From contig NC_064841.1 in assembly GCF_024166365.1 (NCBI RefSeq), forward strand, positions 46,567,680 through 46,631,679: a stretch of 64,000 bases of DNA, in the 5' to 3' direction. The notes beneath the pieces are model-generated. The model did no database searches. It saw nothing but the letters and a program-made list of their open reading frames with translations, and was not told the DNA's origin. The position numbers and the translations under genes were made by a program. Shown piece by piece: positions 1 through 13,400 of this stretch. The DNA is from Elephas maximus. Lineage: Eukaryota. The stretch's first letter is position 1. Each line of letters starts with the position of its first letter.

Positions 1-360
1 CGGTGGCCATGCTCCCCAGACCTTCTGTTGACACAGGACAGGAACCATCCCCGAAGACAACTCATCAGAAATGAAAGGGACTGGTCAGCGGGTGGGAGAG
101 AGACGCCAATGAAGAGTGAGCTAATTATATCAGGTGGACACTTGAGATTGTGTTGGCAACTCTTGTCTGGAGGGGGGATGGGAGGATAGAGAGAGAGGGA
201 AGCAGGCAAAATTGTCAAGAAAGGAGAGACTGAAAGGGCTGACTCAAGAGGGGGAGAGCAAGTGAGAGTAGGGAGTGAGATGTATGTAAACTTATATGTG
301 ACAGACTGATTGGATTTGTAAACGTTCACTTGAAGCTTAATAAAAGTTATTAAAAAAAAA
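1..360 (+). mobile_element. LINE-1 3'UTR terminal fragment ending in poly(A) at 352-360; the 5' part lies outside the window
   Basis: About 95% identical to the terminal ~350 bp of the other young L1 3'UTR copies (5830-6200, 17340-17700, rc of 56570-56920). Ends ...aataaaagttattaaaaaaaaa. Confidence 0.85.
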
Positions 361-3300
361 ACAAAGCTAACAGACTTAGAGAAACAGAGATGTCAATATG
401 TAGATAATGACAATAAAGGGAGGAATAAATGGTGTAGGTATAGAACTTTCAAATGGAAAGGAAGTCAAGGCAATATCAAGTAATAGAAGACTGGATCAAA
501 CTTAGGAAGATAAGGGTAAATTTCAAGGCAACCAAAAAAAGTTAACAAATGTACTCATCAAAACAAAAAAGAAGAAAAAACATACAGATTCAGTAAAAAC
601 AAAATCTACAATAATGAAAGAAAAGAACATCCACAAGCAAAAGGAACTCAGCATGGGAGAGTAAGAGCTACAAAGAAAGCATCGGCACCACAAAAATAAG
701 CAACAAAGATACAGAAGATCTGAAGGTCAAAATGAACCAACTGGACCTCATAGACATACACAAAACACTCCACCAAACAGCAGCAAAGTATACATTCTTT
801 TCCAATGTACATGAGGCACTCTCCAGAAGAGACCACATTTTAGGCCACGAAGCAACCATCAATAATGTTTGAAACACTGATATAATACAAAACATTCTTT
901 CTGATCCCAATGCCATAAAAGTAGAAATCAGTAACAGGAAGAGCAAGGGCAAAAAAACAAATACATGGAAAGTGAATAACACCTTGCTTAAAAACAACTG
1001 GGTAATAGAAGAAACCAAAAAGGGAATAAAAAAAATTCCTAGAATCAAATGAAAGTGAAAATTCATCATACCGAAACATGTGGCACATAGCAAACGCACT
1101 GCTCAGAGGTCAATTTACACCAATAAATGCACATATCAAAAAAGGAGAAGAGGCCAAAATCAAAAAGTTAGCTCTACAAGTGGAACAAATAGAGAACAGC
1201 AAAAGAAGCACATAGCCACCAGAAGGGAAATACTAAAGAACCTAGCAGAAGAAAATAGAGAACAGAAAAACAACAGAAAGATTAAACAAGACCAAAAGTT
1301 GGTTCTTTGAAAAGATCAACATAAGCAACAAACAGCCAAATTAACAAAAGAAAAACAGGAGAGGGAGTGAATAACCCAAATAAGAAATGAGATGGGGGAC
1401 ATTACTATGGACCCAACTGAAATAAAATGGGTTATAAGAGAATACTATGAAAAACTGTTACTCCAACAAATTTGAGAACCTAGAGGAAATGGACACATTT
1501 CTAGAAACACACTACTACCTAAACTAACACAAACTGAGATAGAAACTCTGAATAGATCCATAATAAGAGAAGAGATGGAAGAGCTAAGAAAAAAAAACAA
1601 AAAGAGCCCTAGCCAGACGGCTTCCATGGAGAATTCTACCAAACATTCAGAGAAGAGCTCACACCAGTACTACTCAAACTATTTCAGTGCATAAAGAAGG
1701 AAAAAATACTCCCAAATTTATTCTACAAAGCTAGCATGACCCTGATGTTAAAGCCAGGCAAAGACACCATAAAAAAAGAAAATTACATACCAATGCCTCT
1801 CTTGAATATAGACACAAAAGTTCTTAATAAAATTCTAGCCAGTAAAATTCAGCAATATATTAAAAAAAAAAAATCATGGCCATGTGGGATTCATACCAGG
1901 TGTATAAGGATGATTTAACATTAGAAAATCAATCAACGTAATCCACCACATAAATAAAAGAATCACATGATCATCTCAATTGATGCAGAAAGGGCATTTG
2001 ATAAACTCCAAAACCACTTCCTGATAAAAACTCTCAGCAAAACAGAACTAGAAGCGAAATTCCTCAACATAATAAAGGGCATCTACAGCAAACCAACAGC
2101 CGACATCATTCTCACTGGAGGCTGAAAGCATTTCCCCTGAAAACGGGAACAAGACAAGGATGATCTTCATCACAATTCCTATCTAACACTGTGCTGGACG
2201 TCATAAAAAAAAAAAATTTTTTTTTTTTTGGACGTCATAGCTAAGGCAATAATGACAAAAAAGAAATAAAGGGCATCCAAATTAGAAAATAAGAAGTAAA
2301 ACTACCCTGTTTGCAGATGATATGATCCTATACATAAAGAATTTCAAAGATTCCACAGGAAAACTACTGGAAATAATAGAAAGATTCAGCAGAGTAGCAG
2401 TATATGAGATCGACATACAAAAATCAGTTGGATTCCTACACAATAACAAAAAGAACCTCAAAAATGTAATCAAGAAAACAATACCATCTATAATAAAAAA
2501 AAAAAAACTATAATAGCCCCTAAAAAATGAAATACTTAGGAATAAATCTAACCAGGGATATAAAAGACCAATACAAAGAAAACTACAAAACACTACTGCA
2601 AGAAACCAAAAGAGATATACATAAATGGAAAAATATACCATACCCATGAGGAGGAAGATTCAACATTGTGAAAATGTCAGTTCTACCCAAAGCGATGTAT
2701 GAATATAACTCAATCCCAGTACAAATACCAACAACATTCTTTAATGAGATGGAAAAACTAATCATTAACTTTATTTGGAAAGGAAAGAGGGCCTGGATAA
2801 GCAAAGCATGATTGAAAAAGAAGAACAAAGTATGAGGCCTCACCCTACCTGATCTCAGAATCATAGCTATGGTAGTCAAAACAGCCTGGTACTGGTACAA
2901 AGACAGACACATAGACTAATAGAACAGAACTGAGAACCTAGGCATTAATCCATCCACCTACAGTCAGCTGATCTATGAGAAAGGCCCAAAGTCCACAGAA
3001 TGAGGAAAAGACAGTATCTTTTGCAAATGGTGCAGGGAAAACTGGACATTCATCTGTGAAATAATGAAATAGGACCCAACCTCAAGAACTAATTCAAATG
3101 AATCAAAGGCCTAAACAAAAAGCCTTAAACTATAAAGATCATGGAAGAAAAAGTAAGGAAAATGCTAGGGGCCCTAACACATGGCATAAATTCAATACGA
3201 ACCATAATTAACAATGTGCAAACACCAAATGATAAACTAGATAACTGGGAGCTCCGAAAATTAAACATCTATGCTAATCAAAAGACTTCACTAAAAGAGT

Positions 3301-3510
3301 AAAAAGACAATCTACGGACTTGGAAAATATTTTTGGCTACAACATATCCAACAAGGATCTAATCTCTAAAATCTGAAAGATACTACAACACCTGAACAAC
3401 AAAAAGACAAATAATCCAATTAAAAAATGAGCAAAGAATACGAACAGACAAAGAAGTCACTCGGCAGCTAATAGACACATGAGGAAATGCTTGCAATCAT
3501 TAGCCATTAC

Positions 3511-3671
3511 CAAAATAATAACCAAACCAATTGCCATCGAGTTGGTTCCGACTCATAGTAACCCTACAGGTCAGAGCAGAACCGCCCAACAGGGTTTCCA
3601 AGGAGTAGCTGGTGGATTCAAACTGCTAAACTTTTGGTTACCAGCTCGTATGCCATAGCTCTTAACCACTG
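3511..3671 (-). mobile_element. AfroSINE (tRNA-derived SINE) nested in L1-b ORF2; head slightly truncated
   Basis: Reverse complement matches AfroSINE copies in the window (ccagctcgtatgccatagctcttaaccactg ... gactcatagtaaccctacagg). It interrupts the L1 ORF2 sequence cattagccatta / aaatgcaaatcaaaac. Confidence 0.85.
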
Positions 3672-3840
3672 AAATGCAAATCAAAACTACACTGAGATAC
3701 CATCTCAACCTGACATTACAGACACTAATAAAAAAAAATCAAAAAACATAAATCTTGGAGAGGTTGCAGGGAGACTGGAACTCTTAGGCATTGCTGGTAG
3801 GAATGTAAATAGGCAGGTACAACCACTATGGAAAACGATA

Positions 3841-3914
3841 TGCTGCCTCCTTAAAAGCTACAAATAGAAATACCATATGCTGCCTCCTTAAAAGCTACAA
3901 ATAGAAATACCATA
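3841..3914. repeat. 37-bp direct tandem duplication (tgctgcctccttaaaagctacaaatagaaataccata x2) inside L1-b ORF2
   Basis: Two identical adjacent copies read directly. Confidence 0.9.
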
Positions 3915-4593
3915 TGATCCAAAAATCCCACTACTAGAACTAGAACTACTACTAGAACTATATCCTAGAAAAATAAGAGCCATCACACAAATGGACATAT
4001 ACACACCCATGTTCACTGCAGCATTATTCACAATAGCATCAAAATGGAAACAACCTAAGTGCCCATCAACACATAAGTGAATAAACAAATTATGGTACAA
4101 ACACACATTGGAATACTATGCAACAATGAAGAACAATGATGAATCTGCAAAATATCTTACAAGATGGATAAATCTGGACGCCGTTATGCTAAGTAAAGTA
4201 AGTCCATTACAAAAGGACAAATACTGTATGACACCACTATTATAAAAACTCATGAAACGGTTGACACAGAAAAAGTGCAAACTTTGATGGTTATGAGGGA
4301 AGGGAAGGTGGGGGGGGAATCACTAACTACATAGTAGCTAAGCCTTAACTTTCATGAAGGGAAGGACAACACACAATATAGGGAAAGTCAGCAAAACTTA
4401 ACCACAGGACAGACAAGAGAAATGTCATAAAGACATTGAAAAGCCCTGAGGGACATAGTTACTGCCCCTGAAGGCTGGGGACTACAGTTGCAGGGGTCAT
4501 CTAGATCAAACGGCATAACATACTTCATAAAGAAAATGTTCTACTCCAACTTTGATGAGTAGCGTCTGGTGTCTTAAAAGCTTGCGAGCAGGG

Positions 4594-6201
4594 ATATGAA
4601 CACACACTTCACTAAAGAAGATATTCAGGCAGCTAACAGATACATGGGAAAATGCTCTCGATCATTAGCCATTAGAGAAATGCAAATTAAAACCACGATG
4701 AGATTCCATCACACTCAAACAAGGCTGGCATTAATCCAAAAAACACAAAATAATAAATGTTGGAGAGGCTGCGGAGAGATTGGAACTCTTATACACTGCT
4801 GGTGGGAATGTAAAATGGTACAACCACTTTGGAAATCTATCTGGTGATATCTTAAACAGTTAGAAATAGAACTACCATACAACCCAGAAATCCCACTCCT
4901 CGGAATATACCCTAGAGAAATAAGAGCCTTCACACGAACAGATATATGCACACCCATGTTTACTGCAGCTCTGTTTACAATAGCAAAAAGCAGGAAGCAA
5001 CCAAGGTGTCCATCAACAGATGAACGGTTAAATAAATTGTGGTATATTCACACAATGGAATACTACGCATCGATAAAGAACAGTGACGAATCTATGAAAC
5101 ATTTCATAACATGGAGGAACCTGAAAGGCATTATGCTGAGTGAAATTAGTCAGAGGCAAAAGGACACATATTGTATAAGACCACTATTATAAGATCTTGA
5201 GAAATAGTATAAACTGAGAAGAACACATACTTCTGTGGTTATGAGCGGGGGAGGGAGGGAGGGTGGGAGAGGGTTTTTTACTGATTAATCAGTAGATAAA
5301 AACTGCTTTAGGTGAAAGGAAGGACAATACTCAATACATGGAAGGTCAGCTCAACTGGACTGGACCAAAAGCAAAGAAGTTTCTGGCATAAAATGAATGC
5401 TTCAAAGGTCAGCGGAGCAAGGGCAGGGGTCTGGGGTCCATGGTTTAAGGGACTTCTAAGTCAACTGACAAAATAATTCTATTATGAAAACATTCTGCAT
5501 CCCACTTTGAAATGTGGCGTCTGGGGTCTTAAATGCTAACAAGCGGCCATTTAAGATGCATCAATTGGTCTCAACCCACCTGGATCAAAGGAGAATGAAG
5601 AACACCAAGGTCACACGACAACTAAGAGCCCAAGAGACAGAAAGGGCCACATGAACCAGAGACCTACATCATCCTGAGACCAGAAGAACTAGTTGGTGCC
5701 CGGCCACAATCGACGACTGCTCTGACAGGGAGCACAACAGAGAACCCCTGAGGGAGCAGGAGATCAGTGGGATGCAGACCCCAAATTCGCATAAAAAGAC
5801 CATACTTAATGGTCTGACTGAGACTAGACGAATCCCGGCGGTCATGGTCCCCAAACCTTCTGTTGACACAGGACAGGAACCATCCCCGAAGACAACTCAT
5901 CAGACATGAAAGGGACTGGACAGTGGGTAGGTGAGAGATGCTGATGAAGACTGAGCTAATTATATCAAGTGGTCACTTGAGACTGTGTTGGCATCTCCTG
6001 TCTGGAGGGGGGATGGGAGGATAGAGAGAGTGGGAAGCTGGCAAAATTGTCACGAAAGGAGTGACTGGAACGGCTGACTCATTAGGGGAAGAGCAAGTGG
6101 AGTACGGAGCAAGGTGTATATAAACTTATATGTGACAGTCTGACTTGATTTGTAAACGTTCACTTGAAGCTCAATAAAAGTTAATAAAAAAAAAAAAAAA
6201 A
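4594..6201 (+). mobile_element. 5'-truncated young L1 (L1-c): ORF2 C-terminal ~200 codons, ~1 kb 3'UTR and poly(A). Flanked by a 17-bp TSD AAAAGCTTG(C/T)GAGCAGG at 4577-4593 and 6198-6214.
   Basis: Begins inside ORF2 ([18 protein letters not shown]...). The 3'UTR is collinear with the other young copies. A16 tail at 6186-6201. Direct repeats lie immediately outside both ends. Confidence 0.85.
4596..5192 (+). pseudogene. L1 ORF2 C-terminal fragment (three ORF pieces)
   Basis: ORF-track translations carry conserved L1 ORF2 C-terminal motifs ([67 protein letters not shown]). Confidence 0.8.
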
Positions 6202-6214
6202 GCTTGTGAGCAGG

Positions 6215-7643
6215 AGGCAAGCCCAAGATGGCGGAGTAGTCAGGTGCTTCCAGTGATCCCTCTTACAACAAAGACATGAAAGAACAAGTGAAACAATTAT
6301 ATTTATGACAAGCTAGGTGCCCTGACCATCAAAACTTAGAAAACTGACTGAGTGGCAAGGGGAAGGAGAAACGGTACCGAAGCGGAGAGGAGTTGCCAGA
6401 CTTGAATCACTGGAAGCCTTCAGGCACCATTCCCAGGAGTGACTGTGGTGGGCTAGTGGTGGCGTTCAAGCCATAGTTTCTTCAGGGAGAAAGAGCCAGC
6501 CGCACAGCCTACTCACACATCCGGAACAAGACAAGAACAGGGCTCTCGGGAAAAGTTAAGTACTTCGGTATATTTTACCAACACCCCCACCAGCCCCCAA
6601 GCAGACATCAGGGGCTGTTGATTTCCCTGGGCCTGAGATAGGCGCTGCTGAGCGTGCTGAGCCATTCTCCCGGCCTTGGAGAAGGAATCAATTGACAATT
6701 GGGAGAAAAGAAAATCTGCCAGCTCCACTAAGCTTGGGGGTTCAGGACAGAAACGGCTCCTATCCAGCCATAAAGGGGCCATAGGCCTTGAATACCTATC
6801 CCCCTAGCATGGGCCTGTGTGGGCCCATTTAAGTAGAATAGACCCTTGTTGGCAGACTGCAACTGTTTCACCTGTGTGGTGGAGAGGTGGGTGATTTATG
6901 TTTGACACCACTTTGCCTATTAAACAGGGTCCTCACCTACCCACATCAAGGGCCTAAGGACTGGTGGCTCCACTCATATCACCCAACCACCCGTGACAGG
7001 GGTCCAGGGTAACTGGTACTTCCCACCTCTTACACCCAAAAGAATTGGGTGCCTGTAGTCCATCTGAAGAACCCACCCACCTGTGTGCTCTAGGGAACAG
7101 GGACCTGCTATCCTCACAGATACTCGGCGGACTATTGTCAGGCTCTGCCTTGTTCAGAGCGTGACCCCCTGCTGCAAACAGATACCTGTACCTACACCAA
7201 TCACCCATACCCCTCTAAGAATGTAGGACAGATCCTGTACCACACATTTGGTGACTAACTACCTGGACACCTTACAAGAAAAGTGAATGGACTCCTAGGT
7301 TCATGTGCCTGTTAACAGCTGCAGCCATGTGGTGACAGGATGTTAGAGTTTCAAAGGAGAAATATAAGCAAGCTAACTCAAGCAACTTATTTAGGCATAT
7401 CAAAACAAAACAAAGCAAGAAGCTAGGATACAGTAAGCAAACACAAAATAAAGTATTACAATAACTTATAACTGGCTCAGAGAGAAGGGTCAATATCAAA
7501 TCACATAAAGAAGCAGACCATAATCACTTCAACAAGCTGTCAAAACAAAAAATTAAGGTATCATCTTGATGAAGGTGCCTTCCTGAAATTACAGAATTCT
7601 TCAAGAAAACAGGAACAAGATCAGGCAATACAAAGAATAAGCC
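6215..7643 (+). mobile_element. 5' segment of a full-length L1 (L1-E): the 5'UTR (begins aggcaagcccaagatggcgg) and about the first 55 codons of ORF1. This host element is split by the L1-D insertion.
   Basis: Collinear with the L1-D 5' region (7644-9083) at about 75-80% identity. Ends at ...caatacaaagaataagcc, exactly the ORF1 position where L1-E resumes at 15252. Confidence 0.75.
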
Positions 7644-8929
7644 AGGAGGCAGACCCAAGATGGCGGAATACACAGACGCTTCCATCGAGTCCTCTTTACA
7701 ACAAAGACCTGAAAAAAAAAGTGAAAAGAGTACGTTTGTGACAAGCTGGGAGCCCTGAGCATCAACGGCAAGCTTAGACAACGAACTGAGGGGCAGGGGG
7801 AGGAATAGACCGTTCAGAAGCGGAGAGGAGTTGCCAGACCTGAATCGCGGGGAGCCCTCAGGCACCATTCCCTGAGTGGCAGTGGTGGTGGCGGTGGCAG
7901 AGGGCTGGTCCTAGCGTTAGGCCATAATTTCCTCAGGGAGAAGCAGCCAGCCACACAGCCCACTCACACCTCCAGAACCTGAGGAGAACAGCATGCTCTT
8001 GGCAAAAGCTAAGTACTTCCGTATATTTTACTGTGCCCTCCCACCCCAAAGCTAGCTTCAGCAGCTGAATCCCTAGGCCTGAGATAGACCCTGGTGAGCA
8101 CCTAGAGCCATCCTCCCGGCCTTGGGGAAGGAAAAAATTTCCATCTTGGGGGAAAAGATAATTTGCTAGCTCCATTAACGGGGGGAGCTCAGGAGAGAAG
8201 CAGCTCCTGTCCAGGCATAAACCATCCATGGACCTTGAGCACCATTCCCTTCAGCATGGACCTGTGTAGGCCTATTTCGGGAGAATAGGCCCTTGTTGGC
8301 AAACTCCAACCGTTTTAGCGGTGCAGTGGAGAGGCGGGTGTTTGACGTTTGATATTGCTTTCCCTATCAAACAAGGTCCTCACCTACCGACAACAGGGAC
8401 CTAAGGACTGGTGGTTCCATGTGGGTTGCCGAGCCACCCGCAAAAGGGGCCCAAGGATAACTGGTACCTCCCAGTCCATAAAACAAAATCTTTGGGTGCC
8501 CATGGTCCCTCTGCAGAGCCCGCCCACCAGCACACTCTAGGGAACAGAGACGCGTTTACCTCAGAGACACTTGGGGGTTGGTTCTCAGCCCCCTGTCTTG
8601 TTCAGAGCATGACCCCCTGCTGCAATCAGATATGGGTATATACGCCAATCACTCCTGCCCCTCTAAGACTGCAGGACAGAGCCTGTACCACACACTTGAT
8701 GATCAGCTACCTGGAAACCTGAGCTGAATTCATGCAAGAAAACTGAATGGACTCCTAGACTGACATACCTGATAACAGATCTAGCCAGCTTGGGACAGGA
8801 CACCAGAGCTCCAAAGGCGAAAATAATCAAGCTAGCTCACTCAAGCAATCCATAGGGGTATACCAGAACAAAACAAAGCAAGTAGCTACAACACAGTAAG
8901 CAAGCATCAAATAATACAACAACTTATAG
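7644..8929 (+). promoter_or_regulatory. L1-D 5'UTR (presumed internal L1 promoter region, ~1.29 kb)
   Basis: Its position upstream of the ORF1 ATG in a full-length element. That it acts as a promoter is inferred from general L1 biology, not read from the sequence. Confidence 0.4.
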
Positions 8930-9945
8930 ATGGCTCGGAGACAACAGTCAATATCAAGTCACATAGAGAAACAGGTCATGATCACCTCAACAGTCTATCA
9001 AAACAAGAATCTAGGGATCTTTTAGATGAAAGCGCATTCCTGGAATTACCAGACACAGAATACAAAAGCTTAATATACAGAACCCTTCAAGACATCATGA
9101 AGGAAATGAGGCAATACACAGAACAAGCCAAGGAACACATAGATAAGGCAACTGAAAAAATCAGAAAGATTTTTCAGGAACATGATGAAAAGTTTAATAA
9201 GCTAGAAAAATCCATAGACAGACAGCAATAAGAAATTCAGAAGATTAACAATAAAATATAAGAATTAGATAACTCAATAGAAAGTCAGAGGAGCAGAATT
9301 GAGCAAGTAGAAGCTAGAATTTCTGAACTTGAAGGTAAATCACTTGGCACTAATATATTTGAAGAAAAATCAGATAAAAGAATTTTAAAAAATGAAGAAA
9401 CCTTAAGAATCACATGGGACTCTATCAAGAGAAATAACCTACGAGTGATTGGAGTACCAGAACAGGGAAGGATAACAGAAAATACAGAAAAAATTGTTGA
9501 GGATTTGTTGGCAGAAAACTTCCCTGATATTCTGAAAGATGAGAAGATATCTATCCAAGATGCTCATTGAACTCCACATAAGGTAGATCTGAAAAGAAAG
9601 TCACCAAGACATATTATAATCAAGCTTCCCAAAACCAAAGATAAGGAGGCAATTATAAGAGCAGCAAAGGATAAAAGAAAAGTCACCTAAAAGGGAGAGC
9701 CAATAAGAATAAGCTCGGACTACTGGGCAGAAACCATGCAGGCAAAACGGCAAAGGGATGACATATTTAAAAAACTGAAGGAAAAAAATTGCCTGCCAAG
9801 AATCATATATCCATCAAAACTGTCTCTTAAATATGAAGGTGAAATTAAGACAATTCCAGATAAACACAAGTTGAGGGAACTCGTAAAAACCAAACCAAAA
9901 CTAAAAGAAATACTAAAGGGAATTCTTTGCTTAGAAAATCAATAA
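8930..9945 (+). pseudogene. L1-D ORF1 (coiled-coil/RRM-type ORF1p), disrupted by several stops
   Basis: Translation is collinear with the intact-looking ORF1 pieces of L1-I (…IQDAH.TPHKVDLKRKSPRHIIIKLPKTKDKE…CLPRIIYPSKLSLKYEGEIKTIPDKHKLRELVKTKPKLKEILKGIL). Stops at 9026, 9229, etc. Confidence 0.8.
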
Positions 9946-10416
9946 TATCAGGTATCAACCCAAGACTAGAACACTGGGCAGAGCAACCAGAAGTCAACCC
10001 AGACAGGGAAATCCTCCCCCGCTAAAAAACCAAAGCAATATTAAAAAAAAAAAAAAAAAAAACCCCAACACAGGGCAATGGCGATGCTATTGTATAAAAC
10101 AAGACAACATTAAAATAATAAAGAGGGACTAAGAAATGTAATCATACACCTTCCATATGGAGAGGAAGATACGGCGATACAAAGAAATAAAAGTTAGTTA
10201 TAAATTTAGAAAAATAAGGGTAAATAATATGGTAACCACAAAGGAGACAAACTACCCTACTCATCAAAATAAAATACAAGGGAAAAATACAGACTCAGCA
10301 GAAACAAAATCAACAAAAACAAATATGAAGAAAGGACAACGTACAAAGAAAATCTACTCAGCACATAAAATCAAGTGGGAAAAACAAGCTGCCAACACAC
10401 AAAAAAAGACATCAAA

Positions 10417-13400
10417 ATGATAGCACTAAATTCATACCTATCCATAATTACCCTGAATGTAAATGGACTAAATGCAGCAATAAAGAGACAGAGAGTGGCA
10501 GAATGGATTAAAAAACAAGATCCGTCTATACGCTGCCTACGAGAAACACACCTTAGACTTAGAGACATAAACAAACTAAAACTCAAAGGATGGAAAAAAA
10601 TATATCAAGCAAACAACAATCAAAAAAGAGCAGGAGTGGCAATATCAATTTCTGACAAAATAGACTTTCAAGTTAAATCCATCTGAAAGGATAAGGAAGG
10701 ACACTATATAATGATTAAAGGGACAATACACCAAGAAGATATAAGCGTATTAAATATTTATGCACCCAATGACAGGGCTGCAAGATACATAAAACAAACT
10801 CTATCACCATTCAAAAGTGAGATAGACAGCTCCACAATTATAGTAGGAGACTTCAACACACCACTTTCGGAGAAGGATAGGACTTCCAGTAAGAAGCTCA
10901 ATAGAGACACGGAAGACCTAATTCTTACAATCAACCATCTTGACCTCATAGACTTATACAGAACACTGCACCCAACAGCTGCAAAGTATGCTTTTTTTTT
11001 CTAGTGCACATGGAACATTCTTTACAATAAATCACATATTAGGTCATAAAACAAACCTTTGCAGAGCAGAATCCAAAACATCGAAATATTACAAAGCATC
11101 TTCTCAGACCACAAGCCCATAAAAGTGGAACTCAATAACAGGAAAACTAGGTAAAAGAAGTCAAACACTTGGAAACTGAACAATACCCTGCTCAAAAAAG
11201 ACTGGATTACAGAACACATTAAGGATAGAATAAAGAAATTCACAGAACCCAAAGAGAATGAAAGCACTTCCTATCAGAACCTTTTGGACACAGCAAAAGC
11301 GGTGCTCAGAGGCCAATTTATATCAATAAATGCATACATCCAAAAAGAAGAAAGGGCCAAAATCAAAGAACTATCCCTACAACTTGAACAAACAGAAAGA
11401 GAGCAAAAACAGAAACCCACAGTCACCAGAAGAAAACAAATAAAAACAATGAGAGCTCAGCTAAATGAAATAGAAAGCAGAAAAACAACTGAAAGAAATA
11501 ACAAGACCAAGAGCTGTTTTTTTGAAAAACTCAACAAAATTGATAAATCACTGGCCATACTGACAAAAGAAAAGCAGGAGAGGAAGCAAATAACCTGAAT
11601 AAGAAATGAGATGGGTGATAGTACAACACACCGAACTAAAATTAAAAGAATCATATCAGATTGCTATGAAAAACTATACTCAAACAAATTTGAAAACCTA
11701 GAAGAAATGGATGAATTCCTAGAAACACACTACCTACCTACACTAACACAAACAGAGGCAGAACAAATAAATAGGCCCATAACAACAGAAGAGATTGAAA
11801 ACGTGATCAAAAAACTCCCAACAAAAAAAAGCCCTGGTCCAGACAGCTTCACTGCAGAGTTCTACCAAACTTTCAGAGAAGAGTTAACACCACTACTACT
11901 AAAGGTATTTCAGAGCATAGAAAAGGATGGAATACTACCTAACTCATTCTATGAAGCCACCATATCCCTGACACCAAAACCAGGTAAAGACACCACAAGA
12001 AAATTATAGACCTATATCCCTCATGAATGTATATGCAAAAATCCTGAACAAAATTCTAGCCAATAGAATTCAACAACATATCAAAAAAGAATTCACCAGG
12101 ACCGAAGGGGATTCATACCAGGTATGCGGAGATGGTTCAACATTTTCAACATTAGAAAAACAATTAATGTAATCCACCACATAAATAAAACAAAAGAGAA
12201 GAATCACATGATTTTATCAATTGATGCAGAAAAGGCATTTGACAAAGTTCAACACTCATTTATGATAAAAACTCTCAGCAAAATAGGAATAGAAGGAAAA
12301 TTTCTCAACATAATAAAGGGCATTTATACCAAGCCAACAGCCAACACCACCCTAAATGGAAAGAGACTGAAAACATTCCTACTGAGATCGGGAACTAGAC
12401 AAGGATGCCCTTTAACACCACTCTTATTCAACATTGTGCTGGAAGTCCTAGCCAGAACAATTAGGCTAGATAAAGAAATAAAGGGCATCCAGATTGGCAA
12501 GGAAGAAGTCAAAGTATCTCTATTTGCAGATGACATGATCTTATACACAGAAAACCCTACGGAATCCTCCAGAAAACTACTGAAACTAATAGAAAAGTTC
12601 AGTAGAGTATCAGGATACAAGATAAACATACGAAAATCAGTTGGATTCCTCTACACCAACAAAAAGAAAATCGAAGAGGAAATCACCAAATCAATGCCAT
12701 TTACAGTAGCCCCCAAGAAGATAAAATACTTAGGAATAAATCTTACCAGAGATGTAAAAGACTTATACAAAGAAAACTACAGTACACTTCTGCAGGAAAC
12801 CAAAAGAGACTTACATAAGTGGAAGAACATACCTTGCTCATGGATAGGAAGACTTAACATTACAAAAATGTCTATTCTACCAAAAGCGATCTATACATTT
12901 AATGCAATTCCGACCCAAATCCCAATGACATTTTTCAATGAGATGGAGAAACAAATCACCAATTTCATATGGAAGGAAAACAAGCCCCGGATAAATACAG
13001 CATTTCTGAAAAAGAAGAACAAAGTAGGAGGCCTTACTTTACCTGATTTTAGAACCTATTATACTGCCACGGTAGTCAAAACAGCCTGGTACTGGTACAA
13101 CAACAGATACATGGACCAATGGAACACAATTGAGCATCCAGACATAAATCCATCCACATATGAGCAGCTGATATTTGACAAAGGCCCCAAAACAGTTAAA
13201 TAGGGGAAAGATACTCTTTTTAAAAAATGGTGCTGACATAACTGGATATCCATCTGCAAAAAAATGAAACAAGACCCATACGTCACTCCATGCACAAAAA
13301 CTAACTCAAAATGGATCAGATACCTAAATATAAAATCTAAAACGATAAAGATCATGGAAGAAAAAATAGGGACAACATTAGGAGCCCTAATACATGGCAT

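Larger units (their letters stand above)
361..4593 (+). mobile_element. Degraded L1 (here L1-b): inter-ORF spacer, ORF2 (endonuclease part internally deleted) and partial 3'UTR
   Basis: Collinear with full-length L1-D (10100-14600). Contains ORF2 RT/C-terminal coding sequence with many stops and frameshifts. The 3'UTR stops at ...gtcttaaaagcttgcgagcagg. Confidence 0.8.

Noticed and set aside
6215-9083. Tandemly repeated L1 5'UTR monomers (two ~1.43-kb units), as in mouse L1 promoters
   Set aside because: Unit 1 includes the ORF1 start and ends at the exact ORF1 coordinate where the L1 downstream of L1-D resumes (15252). AAGAATAAGC is duplicated at both joints. A nested insertion of a full-length L1 into another explains this better than monomer repeats.
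12124-13203. Long ORFs across the window (up to 359 aa) as candidate cellular protein-coding genes
   Set aside because: Every ORF of 60 aa or more outside the CpG island falls in L1 ORF1/ORF2 or RTE coding remnants, or is an antisense or low-complexity artefact of A-rich TE sequence. None forms a complete, uninterrupted TE gene.
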